This document shows positions 17,429 through 25,010 of a stretch of 32,000 nucleotides of DNA, piece by piece; position 1 is the stretch's first letter, and each line of letters opens with the position of its first letter. The stretch comes from Bellilinea caldifistulae (GTDB lineage Bacteria; Chloroflexota; Anaerolineae; Anaerolineales; Anaerolineaceae): assembly GCF_001306055.1 (NCBI RefSeq), contig NZ_LGHJ01000013.1, forward strand, positions 120,001 to 152,000. The letters are read 5' to 3'. The position numbers and the translations under genes were made by a program. The notes under the pieces were generated by a model that saw only the letters and a list, made by a program, of their open reading frames with translations, ran no database searches and was not told the DNA's origin.

Positions 17429-18982
17429 ATGCGCAAATGGCTCTATCTGGCTGTGTTTGTCTCCGGCATGACTACTCTGGCAGCCGAAATGTCCGCCTCG
17501 CGCTTGCTGGGCAATTATTTTGGCACCAGCAACCTGACCTGGGCAAGCATCATCGGTTTGATCCTGATTTACCTGACCGCCGGTTATTTCATTGGCGGAC
17601 GCTGGGCGGATCGTTCTCCGCATTACTCGACCTTTTTTCAAATCTTGATCTGGGCAGCCTTTTCGATTGGCTTGATACCGCTGGCTTCACGTCCGATTTT
17701 GCGGTTGGCCGCCAATGCCTTCGACAACCTCGATTTAGGGGTCTTGTTCGGCTCTTTCAGCGTGGTGATGATTCTGTTCTTCATTCCCATCACGCTACTG
17801 GGCACGGCCTCTCCGTTTGCAATCCGCCTGGCGCTTTTGGATTCGCGAACGGCCGGCAGTGTGGCCGGGCGCATTTACGCCATTTCCACCCTCGGTTCAT
17901 TCCTTGGCACATTTCTTCCGGTATTGATTCTCATCCCGCTGGTCGGAACTTACCGTACTTTCCTGACCATTTCGGCTTTCCTGCTATTGATTGCACTACT
18001 CGGACTGGGTGTTACCAGCGGCTGGCGGCGCACCCTGGGTTATACCTGGATGCCGGTCATTCTGATTCTGCTGGCGGTATTTGGAACACGCGGAACGGAC
18101 AAGTCCAGCGCGGGGTTGATTTTCGAAACTGATTCGGCTTACAACTACATCCAGGTTCTGGAGTTCGGTCAAACCCGCTACCTGCGGCTCAACGACGGAC
18201 AGGGGGTGCATTCGGTCTATCATCCCACCGAGTATTTTTACAACGGTCCATGGGAACAGGTGCTGGTTGCTCCATTTTTTAACCCACCCCCGGTGCAACC
18301 CGGCGACATCCGCCGCATGGCGATTGTCGGTCTGGCTGCCGGCACAACCGCCCGACAGGCTGGTTTGGTATTTCCCAACCTGATCATTGACGGCATTGAA
18401 ATTGACCCGGAGATCGTTGAGGTTGGACGCCGTTACTTTGGGATGGATTTGCCCTACCTGAATGTCATCGTTCAAGATGGGCGCTGGGGGCTGGCACGCA
18501 GCAACCAAAAGTATCAGGTCATCAGTGTAGATGCCTACCGCCCGCCCTATATCCCATGGCACATGACCACCCTGGAATTCTTTCAACTGGTGCGAGATCG
18601 TCTGACAGATGATGGTGTCATGGTAATCAACGTTGGACGCAGCCCCACGGATCGTCGGTTGATCAATACCCTCTACACAACCATCGCACAGGTCTTTCCC
18701 AGCGTCCACATCATGGATTTACCGGATTCCTTTAACTCCATCCTGTTTGCGACCGTGCAGCCAACGGTGGCAGAAAACCTCGCTGCAAATTTTCAGCAAT
18801 TGAGTCAATCTGCCGAAACCCCCTACCTGTTGCTCCAATCCATGGCGGTGACCCTTCAAAATCTGCAGCCCGCCCCGCCACCGGGAGTGGTGTTCACCGA
18901 TGACCGCTCACCCATTGAGTGGATCACCAACGAAATGATTTTGGACTTTTTATTTTCCGGGGAAGTGGAGACCCTGCAATGA
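17429..18982 (+). CDS. membrane-fused spermidine-synthase-like protein (polytopic N-domain + class I MTase/aminopropyltransferase fold)
   Basis: About 7 N-terminal TM helices are followed by IVGLAAGTTARQ...IDGIEIDPEIVEVGRRYF...VIVQDGRWGL...YQVISVDAYRPPYIPWHMTTLEFF...GVMVINV, which is the spermidine synthase fold order. The canonical GGGDGG is replaced by GLAAGT. Confidence 0.75.
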   Translation: MRKWLYLAVFVSGMTTLAAEMSASRLLGNYFGTSNLTWASIIGLILIYLTAGYFIGGRWADRSPHYSTFFQILIWAAFSIGLIPLASRPILRLAANAFDNLDLGVLFGSFSVVMILFFIPITLLGTASPFAIRLALLDSRTAGSVAGRIYAISTLGSFLGTFLPVLILIPLVGTYRTFLTISAFLLLIALLGLGVTSGWRRTLGYTWMPVILILLAVFGTRGTDKSSAGLIFETDSAYNYIQVLEFGQTRYLRLNDGQGVHSVYHPTEYFYNGPWEQVLVAPFFNPPPVQPGDIRRMAIVGLAAGTTARQAGLVFPNLIIDGIEIDPEIVEVGRRYFGMDLPYLNVIVQDGRWGLARSNQKYQVISVDAYRPPYIPWHMTTLEFFQLVRDRLTDDGVMVINVGRSPTDRRLINTLYTTIAQVFPSVHIMDLPDSFNSILFATVQPTVAENLAANFQQLSQSAETPYLLLQSMAVTLQNLQPAPPPGVVFTDDRSPIEWITNEMILDFLFSGEVETLQ

Positions 18983-19665
18983 AAACCATTCGCTCACTTG
19001 TCCTCTCTATTTTGCTGCCGGCCGTTGTTTTATTTGTCATGATGACTTCGATACGGCTTTTGATGAATCCGCTTTTCCTGACCATTGAATACAACCTGCC
19101 CGGCTTCCCGCCAGATGCGTTTGGCTTTACCAAAGATGATCGTCTCCACTGGGCCAATCTCTCCCTCAAATATCTTTTGAACGATGCAGACATCTCATTC
19201 CTCGGAGATTTAAAGTTTGAAAATGGGTCTGCAGTCTTCAATGAACGCGAATTGCGCCATATGCTGGATGTAAAAATTCTGGTGCAGCAGATGATTCGAG
19301 CATGGATCATTTTAGGAATGTTTATTTTCCTGACCGGTGTGTGGGCCTGGCGCGGCAACTGGCTGGCCGATTACTGGCTGACCCTCTCGCGAGCCGGCTG
19401 GGGGGTGCTGATTGTCATCGGCTTGATTCTGGTAGGGGTTATGATTGGCTTCTCCGCGCTATTCACCGGCTTTCACCTGATCTTCTTTGAGGGAGACACC
19501 TGGCTTTTCTACTATTCGGACACACTCATCCGTCTGTTCCCGCTGCGATTCTGGCAGGATGCCTTTATCATTATGGGCATTCTCTCCGCTTTGGGCGGAG
19601 TTGCTCTAATATGGCTGGGTAAGCGCTGGTACCAGAAAGCCGCTGGCAGCCGCCCGAGGAATTGA
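18979..19665 (+). CDS. TIGR01906/DUF1461 family integral membrane protein (Lit-like, lipoprotein intramolecular transacylase family)
   Basis: An N-terminal TM helix, the FNERELRHMLDVK motif that I recognise as typical of DUF1461, and three C-terminal TM helices. Its ATG overlaps the upstream TGA (ATGA at 18979-18982). Confidence 0.55.
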   Translation: MKTIRSLVLSILLPAVVLFVMMTSIRLLMNPLFLTIEYNLPGFPPDAFGFTKDDRLHWANLSLKYLLNDADISFLGDLKFENGSAVFNERELRHMLDVKILVQQMIRAWIILGMFIFLTGVWAWRGNWLADYWLTLSRAGWGVLIVIGLILVGVMIGFSALFTGFHLIFFEGDTWLFYYSDTLIRLFPLRFWQDAFIIMGILSALGGVALIWLGKRWYQKAAGSRPRN

Positions 19666-19669
19666 ATTC

Positions 19670-20731
19670 TCACAAAACCCAGCAGGCGTGGTGCGGGAAA
19701 CTAATTACCACCTTTTCGTTGACTTTGGGCAATTCCAGTTTTCGCTCGTTGAACACATCCAGCAAAAGCGAGACACCCTCAACATCCAGCCAGATGCGGA
19801 CAATCGCTCCCAAAAAGGAAATTTGCCGAACCAGCGCAGTCAGTTGATTCCAACCCTCCACAGATCCTAGCTTGACTTCTTCGGGACGAATTGCCAGCTT
19901 GGGCTGACTGCTAAGCGGCGTGCGATGGTTTTGCTCAACTTGAATGGTGTGTGTGCCAATCCGGTAAAGCCCGCCTTCACGGTCAACCACCTGAACCGGT
20001 ATCAGGTTCAATTGTCCGATGAAGGAAGCCACAAACTCCGTTTGGGGATAATTGTAAATTTCAAAGGGTGTGCCAATTTGTTCAATCTTGCCCTTATTCA
20101 TCACCACAATCCGATCCGAAAGCGACAGCGCCTCTTCCTGATCGTGGGTAACGTAGATTGTAGTAATTTTCAATTCTTGTTGAATGCGACGGATTTCTGC
20201 ACGCAATTCGACCCGGATCTTGGCATCCAGGGCTGAAAGAGGTTCGTCAAGCAGCAACACGCGCGGGCGAATCGCCAACGCCCTGGCAAGAGCAACCCGC
20301 TGCTGCTGCCCGCCCGATAACTGATAAGGATAGCGTTTTTGAAGGTCTTCCAGTTGGACAATTTTCAAAATTTCCGAAACCCGCTGGCGGATCTGTTCAG
20401 CGGGCATTTTGCGTACCGAAAGACCGAAACCGACATTGTCCGCCACATTCATATTGGGAAACAACGCATAGGATTGGAATACCATCCCTACCATGCGTTG
20501 ATTTGGCGGCAACTGGGTAATGTCCTCCCCTTCCAGCACAATCTGGCCCTGATCAGGCACCTCAAATCCTGCTACCATTCGCAGGGTTGTTGTCTTGCCA
20601 CACCCGCTCGGACCGAGAAAGGAAACAAACTCACCACGCTCAACCTCAAGGTTGAAATTTTCTACCGCAAGGGTATTCCCGTAGAATTTGGATAAATTCG
20701 AAAGCAGAAGATAGGTCATATCGGTTGTCAA
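19670..20731 (-). CDS. ABC importer ATP-binding protein (PotA/FbpC-type with a C-terminal TOBE-like domain)
   Basis: Walker A GPSGCGKTT, signature LSGGQQQR, Walker B LLLDEPLSALD. The start is either the TTG at 20731 or the ATG at 20719. Confidence 0.9.
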   Translation of the reverse strand: MTTDMTYLLLSNLSKFYGNTLAVENFNLEVERGEFVSFLGPSGCGKTTTLRMVAGFEVPDQGQIVLEGEDITQLPPNQRMVGMVFQSYALFPNMNVADNVGFGLSVRKMPAEQIRQRVSEILKIVQLEDLQKRYPYQLSGGQQQRVALARALAIRPRVLLLDEPLSALDAKIRVELRAEIRRIQQELKITTIYVTHDQEEALSLSDRIVVMNKGKIEQIGTPFEIYNYPQTEFVASFIGQLNLIPVQVVDREGGLYRIGTHTIQVEQNHRTPLSSQPKLAIRPEEVKLGSVEGWNQLTALVRQISFLGAIVRIWLDVEGVSLLLDVFNERKLELPKVNEKVVISFPHHACWVL

Positions 20732-20733
20732 CC

Positions 20734-21531
20734 TCAGTGGGCTCCTGCAATTTGGGTTTGGACTCTGCCGCGATTCAACAATTGAATCAAACCAATGAAT
20801 GCCCAGGTCAGGGCGAAACTGATAATCGCCAGCGAGGAGGACTCATAAGTCTTGTTCTGCCCGACCAGAGACATGTACGGGCCAAACGCCCGGATTCCAA
20901 CCAGAAAACTGGCTATGGTGAACTCCCCCATCACGGTTGCTACTGCTAAAAACGAACCGCTCAAAATAGAAACCCGCACATTGGGGAGAATGACCCGGAA
21001 GAGAATGGTACCCCAGCCGGCTCCAAGGCTTTGGGCTGCTTCAGTCAGGGTACGCACATCAATGGCTTGCAGGCCAGTATCAATTGAGCGGTACAAATAA
21101 GGCATGGTCAACACCACATAGGCTGCTACCAGCAGGACATTCGTCCCCGTAAAGGTATTGGTCAGGAAAAATGGTGCACCGCTAAAAACCCGTATCAACC
21201 CAAATACCAGCACAATCGCCGGAACGACGAATGGTAACATACTCACAAACTCGATCAACCCTCTCAATTGGGGCAATTTCAGGCGGATCCAGTAAACGGT
21301 TGGAAAAATCAGTAAAATGCCGGCCAGCGCAGTAAACACGGCCATTTCCAGAGAAAAAATGAAAGTTCTCAAAAACAACGGGTCAGCAAAGACGCGCTCA
21401 TAAGCGAGGAAGCTATACACGCCTTTTCTGGCTTTCAGGGAAAACTCGAAGGTCGCCAGCAGCGGTAAAAAGAAATACAACCCGCCAAGGATCATCCAAA
21501 ACCACGACCATAAAGTGTTGCGTTTGCTCAT
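20734..21531 (-). CDS. ABC importer permease (PotC-like)
   Basis: 6-TM permease with an EAA-type loop (EAAQSLGAGWGTILFRVILP). The ATG at 21531 forms an ATGA overlap with the upstream permease stop, and GAGAGGTGG lies 8 nt upstream. Confidence 0.85.
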   Translation of the reverse strand: MSKRNTLWSWFWMILGGLYFFLPLLATFEFSLKARKGVYSFLAYERVFADPLFLRTFIFSLEMAVFTALAGILLIFPTVYWIRLKLPQLRGLIEFVSMLPFVVPAIVLVFGLIRVFSGAPFFLTNTFTGTNVLLVAAYVVLTMPYLYRSIDTGLQAIDVRTLTEAAQSLGAGWGTILFRVILPNVRVSILSGSFLAVATVMGEFTIASFLVGIRAFGPYMSLVGQNKTYESSSLAIISFALTWAFIGLIQLLNRGRVQTQIAGAH

Positions 21532-22436
21532 AGTCTCAGCCACCTCTCACTGCGCCGGCGCAGTAAGTAGTAAAGCAGGATGGCTCCTGCCATGACAATC
21601 ACCATACCGATTGCCAGCGCATAACCCAAGCCGGTATTTTGCAACACATCGCCCTTGATTTGGGAACCAATCAAAATGGTAATCAAATTAATAAAACCGC
21701 CGGTCAAAGAGAGCGCCGTGGCATAGGCGCCAAAGGCATTACCAAACAGCAAAATCATGGCGCCCAGAATGGAGGGGGTCAGCACCGGCAACGCAACCCG
21801 CCGCCAGTAAGTCCAGGAAGAAGCCCCCAAATTCTCGGCGGCTTCACGCCACTCTCGCTTCAAGCCATCTAGTGCCGGCGTAATAATCAAGATCATCAAT
21901 GGGAATTGAAAATACAGATAGGTGAGGGTCAGTCCCCAGAAACTATACAGGCTGAAACCGCGGTCATATAAATCAATGCCCGCCATTTTCAGCAAGACGG
22001 TCACCATGCCGGTTCGGCCAAGCGTTGCGATGAATGCAAACGCCAGCGGAACACCGGCAAAGTTTGAGGCAACCCCGGAAAAGGTCAACAGGGCGTTGCG
22101 TAGCCCTTTTGGCAATCCGCCAAGGGTAACTGCGTAAGCCATAAAAAAGCCCAATATCCCGCCGCCTATCGCCGATGCCAGACTGATGCGGATGGTCACC
22201 CAGTAGGCACTGAGGATAGATGGGCTGAACAGATCCAAATAATTTTGAAATGTAAAATTCCCCTGCCTATCCTGAAAACTGCCGCTCACCAGAGAAAATG
22301 AAGGTAAAAACACAAACAGGAAGATAAACAGAAAAAATGGCAAAACGCCCAGCCAGTTCAGCAGGGACGAGGGAACGGGACGCGCGTGACGCGCGTCCCG
22401 TTGTGTGGTTGAATTTTGCCTGAATTTACTTAACAT
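21528..22436 (-). CDS. ABC importer permease (PotB-like)
   Basis: 6-TM permease with an EAA loop (EAAENLGASSWTYWRRVALP). The start is uncertain: ATG at 22436 or 22469, both overlapping the end of the SBP gene. Confidence 0.8.
   Translation of the reverse strand: MLSKFRQNSTTQRDARHARPVPSSLLNWLGVLPFFLFIFLFVFLPSFSLVSGSFQDRQGNFTFQNYLDLFSPSILSAYWVTIRISLASAIGGGILGFFMAYAVTLGGLPKGLRNALLTFSGVASNFAGVPLAFAFIATLGRTGMVTVLLKMAGIDLYDRGFSLYSFWGLTLTYLYFQFPLMILIITPALDGLKREWREAAENLGASSWTYWRRVALPVLTPSILGAMILLFGNAFGAYATALSLTGGFINLITILIGSQIKGDVLQNTGLGYALAIGMVIVMAGAILLYYLLRRRSERWLRL
22374..22402 (-). other. very stable GC-rich hairpin (13-bp perfect stem, 3-nt loop) just downstream of the SBP stop codon
   Basis: AACGGGACGCGCG-TGA-CGCGCGTCCCGTT, perfectly self-complementary. 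It lies 24 nt 3' of the SBP stop at 22426, inside the annotated 5' end of the first permease ORF. Confidence 0.6.
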
Positions 22437-23550
22437 CCGCGCCAACAACTTCCATCCATTTTTCGGCAATCAGTTGTTTGGCATTGTTGATTTGCTCAAC
22501 AGTCGGGAATACAGCTTTGGCGTACAGTTCAGCCGGCGGCAGGGCATCGTTCAATTCCTGCGGAATGACGCCACGTTGCACCATATCATTGTAACGAATC
22601 GGGTGGCAGCCGCCTTTCAGCCAGATCAGCTGACCTTCATCCGAATAGAGGAATTCCATCCACAATTTGGCAGCATTGGGGTGGGGAGCATAGGCACTGA
22701 TAGCCTGCAGATAGACACCCGCAATCACACCGCTCTGCGGAATGACGACCTCAATTTCGGGATTACCCGCCAGGGCATTTTTATCCGCCAGAGCGTTGTA
22801 GTCCCAGCGCATCACCACCGGAGTTTCACCTTTGGCAATGGTCGCCTGCTTTGCAATCACTGGCACAAAATTACCGGCATCATTCAATTTCTTGAAGAAT
22901 TCCAAACCGGGGGTTACATCATCCAGCGTACCGCCGTTGGCCAGTGCCGCAGCCATAATGCTCATTTGGGCCTGAGCCGAAGCACGCGGATCACCCGCCA
23001 GCGCAACCTGCCCTTTGTATTCGGGCTTCAATAGGTCTGCCCAATCCTGCGGGACATTTTGAACGACGTCTTTGTTAACTTCAAAAGCCAGCACGCCGTA
23101 GTAGTCACCATACCAGTACCCATCGGGGTGCTTGACCTCGTCGGGAATGGTATCCCAGGTAGAAACCTTATAGGGCATGGTTAATTTTTCTTCAACCAGT
23201 TGCGGGCCGTAACCAAAGCCCACATCAATCACATCCGGCGCTTGAGGGCCTTTGTTATCTTTATTGGCTTTGATGGCTTCAATTTCATCCGCAGAACCGG
23301 CATCCGGGTTCAGCTCATTAACCTGAAGGCCGTATTTGGCCTTGAAGGTTTCAATTGCCTCCCCATAATTGCACCAATCATGGGGTAGGGCGATGACGGT
23401 CAACATACCTTCTTCCTTGGCTGCTTTCACCAGCGGATCGGTTTCACCCTGTTCGCCGGCAGGCGCAGCAGGTTGGCAGGCTGTCATAACCATCACTAAC
23501 ACTACTGCCAATACGACCATTATTCGAAAACGAGACGCGCGATTAGACAT
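22426..23550 (-). CDS. ABC importer substrate-binding lipoprotein (PotD/AfuA-like family, ligand unresolved)
   Basis: Signal peptide with a lipobox-like VMTAC, and GGAGGAG 5 nt upstream of the ATG at 23550. It is the first gene of the SBP-permease-permease-ATPase operon. Confidence 0.85.
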   Translation of the reverse strand: MSNRASRFRIMVVLAVVLVMVMTACQPAAPAGEQGETDPLVKAAKEEGMLTVIALPHDWCNYGEAIETFKAKYGLQVNELNPDAGSADEIEAIKANKDNKGPQAPDVIDVGFGYGPQLVEEKLTMPYKVSTWDTIPDEVKHPDGYWYGDYYGVLAFEVNKDVVQNVPQDWADLLKPEYKGQVALAGDPRASAQAQMSIMAAALANGGTLDDVTPGLEFFKKLNDAGNFVPVIAKQATIAKGETPVVMRWDYNALADKNALAGNPEIEVVIPQSGVIAGVYLQAISAYAPHPNAAKLWMEFLYSDEGQLIWLKGGCHPIRYNDMVQRGVIPQELNDALPPAELYAKAVFPTVEQINNAKQLIAEKWMEVVGADVK

Positions 23551-23688
23551 ATTTCTCCTCCTGATCATTTTGGAATCAAACAAGGTTAATCTTATCAAAA
23601 GTACTTCCCCATAATCCATTAAGCGATGTTAAGGATTGGTAAAGGATTAGCAAAACCCGCATTTAAATTTTCTTAATCACAGCGAAGT

Positions 23689-23727
23689 AAAAAAAGAGAT
23701 GAGCAACAGGTTTGTGCTCATCTCTTT
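23689..23727 (-). terminator. intrinsic terminator of the MsiK-like ATPase gene
   Basis: On the minus strand a 13-bp perfect stem (23715-23727 / 23693-23705) with a 9-nt loop runs into a 7-nt U tract, three of whose residues form the base of the stem (complement of A23689-23695). It begins 14 nt after the stop at 23741. Confidence 0.8.
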
Positions 23728-23740
23728 GCTGGAAAAACTC

Positions 23741-24853
23741 TCAGCGGATTGCTACCGGATTTTCACGGTCGGATGCCGGATCGAACAGGTGGAAATTATC
23801 CATGTTGAAGACCAGCTGCACCTTATCCCCAATGTGGAAGCGAGTGCGCGGGTCAACGCGAGCCACAAAATTGTGTTTACCGCTGACCATGTAGAGGAAG
23901 ATTTCATTTCCCATCAGTTCGGTAACATCCACTTTGCACTCAACCGATGCTGCATGGATGCCCGGCGGAGCGAATTGAGGATTGTGGATATCCTCCGGTC
24001 GAATCCCGAAGATCACCTCACGCCCGGCGAAGGGAGCATAGGTCTTCACCCGGTCTTCCGGGATCTTGACCGCAAAATCGCCAGTATCCACAAACAAATC
24101 GTTTCCATCTTTCCGGAGGTGGGCCGGGAAGAAATTCATGGATGGTGATCCAATAAATCCAGCAACGAACAGATTAGCGGGTTTATCATACAGATTTTGG
24201 GGGGTGTCCAATTGCTGCAAAATCCCTTTGTTCATCACCGCGATGCGAGTTGCCATCGTCATGGCCTCGACCTGATCATGGGTCACGTAGATAAAGGTAG
24301 TTTGCAGCCGTTGATGAAGCTTGCTAATCTCCGCCCGTGTCTGAACGCGCAATTTGGCGTCCAGGTTGGAAAGCGGCTCATCGAACAGGAATACCTTGGG
24401 TTCACGCACGATGGCACGCCCCACCGCCACACGCTGGCGCTGACCGCCGGACAATTCGCGCGGCTTCCGTTTGAGCAGATGCTCAATTCCCAAAATTGCC
24501 GCTGCTTCTTCTACTCTCCGTTGAATCTCTTGCTTGGGAACTTTGCGGAGCTTCAGACCAAACGCCATGTTGTCGAACACCGTCATGTGCGGGTAAAGCG
24601 CATACGACTGAAACACCATGGCAATGTCGCGATCTTTGGGCGGCACATCGTTGACCACTCGATCGCCAATCTTGACCTGTCCGTCGGTGACCTCTTCCAG
24701 CCCCGCCAGACAGCGCAGTGCGGTGGTTTTGCCGCAACCGGATGGCCCAACCAGCACCAAAAACTCTTTGTCTTCGATGTGGATGTTCAGGTCATTGAGT
24801 GCGACAAAATCACCAAACTTTTTCCAGACATGATCGTACGTAACACTAGCCAT
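23741..24853 (-). CDS. sugar-type (CUT1) ABC transporter ATP-binding protein, MsiK/MalK/UgpC-like, stand-alone
   Basis: Walker A GPSGCGKTT, LSGGQRQRVAVGRA, Walker B VFLFDEPLSNLD, and a C-terminal MalK-type regulatory/TOBE domain. No cognate permease or SBP gene is adjacent. Confidence 0.9.
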   Translation of the reverse strand: MASVTYDHVWKKFGDFVALNDLNIHIEDKEFLVLVGPSGCGKTTALRCLAGLEEVTDGQVKIGDRVVNDVPPKDRDIAMVFQSYALYPHMTVFDNMAFGLKLRKVPKQEIQRRVEEAAAILGIEHLLKRKPRELSGGQRQRVAVGRAIVREPKVFLFDEPLSNLDAKLRVQTRAEISKLHQRLQTTFIYVTHDQVEAMTMATRIAVMNKGILQQLDTPQNLYDKPANLFVAGFIGSPSMNFFPAHLRKDGNDLFVDTGDFAVKIPEDRVKTYAPFAGREVIFGIRPEDIHNPQFAPPGIHAASVECKVDVTELMGNEIFLYMVSGKHNFVARVDPRTRFHIGDKVQLVFNMDNFHLFDPASDRENPVAIR

Positions 24854-24892
24854 GAAAAACCAACCTCCTTCCGGAAAGAATATCGTGATTTG

Positions 24893-24898
24893 ATTATA
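24893..24898 (-). promoter_or_regulatory. candidate promoter -10 TATAAT (with TTGTAT -35, 16-nt spacer) for the MsiK-like gene
   Basis: The minus strand reads TTGTAT-N16-TATAAT, about 40 nt upstream of the ATG at 24853. GGAAGGAGG lies in the leader. Confidence 0.4.
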
Positions 24899-25010
24899 GC
24901 CCCTCTAGACAAAAAATACAATTGACAGGCGGCATGATATTTCATATTCACTTGGGGGATCCGATTTCTGGTAAACTTATCCTATACCGTTCAAAAATCA
25001 GGAAATTCTT

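Noticed and set aside
17996-18709. 237-aa ORF on the minus strand
   Set aside because: It is antisense to the aminopropyltransferase-fold domain of the spermidine-synthase-like gene. I recognise no motifs and there is no RBS.
19659-19669. Palindrome GAATTGAATTC at the Lit-like/ATPase convergent junction, considered as a protein-binding site
   Set aside because: It is an 11-bp AT-rich palindrome made of the two stop-codon contexts. It is too short and unsupported to call functional, so it is only mentioned under the convergent-junction finding.
24197-24925. 242-aa ORF on the plus strand (also 23699-24148 and 22405-23034 on the plus strand)
   Set aside because: These are antisense to the MsiK-like ATPase and the SBP gene. 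Long antisense ORFs opposite ABC ATPase genes are a known artefact. The 23699 ORF starts inside the terminator hairpin.
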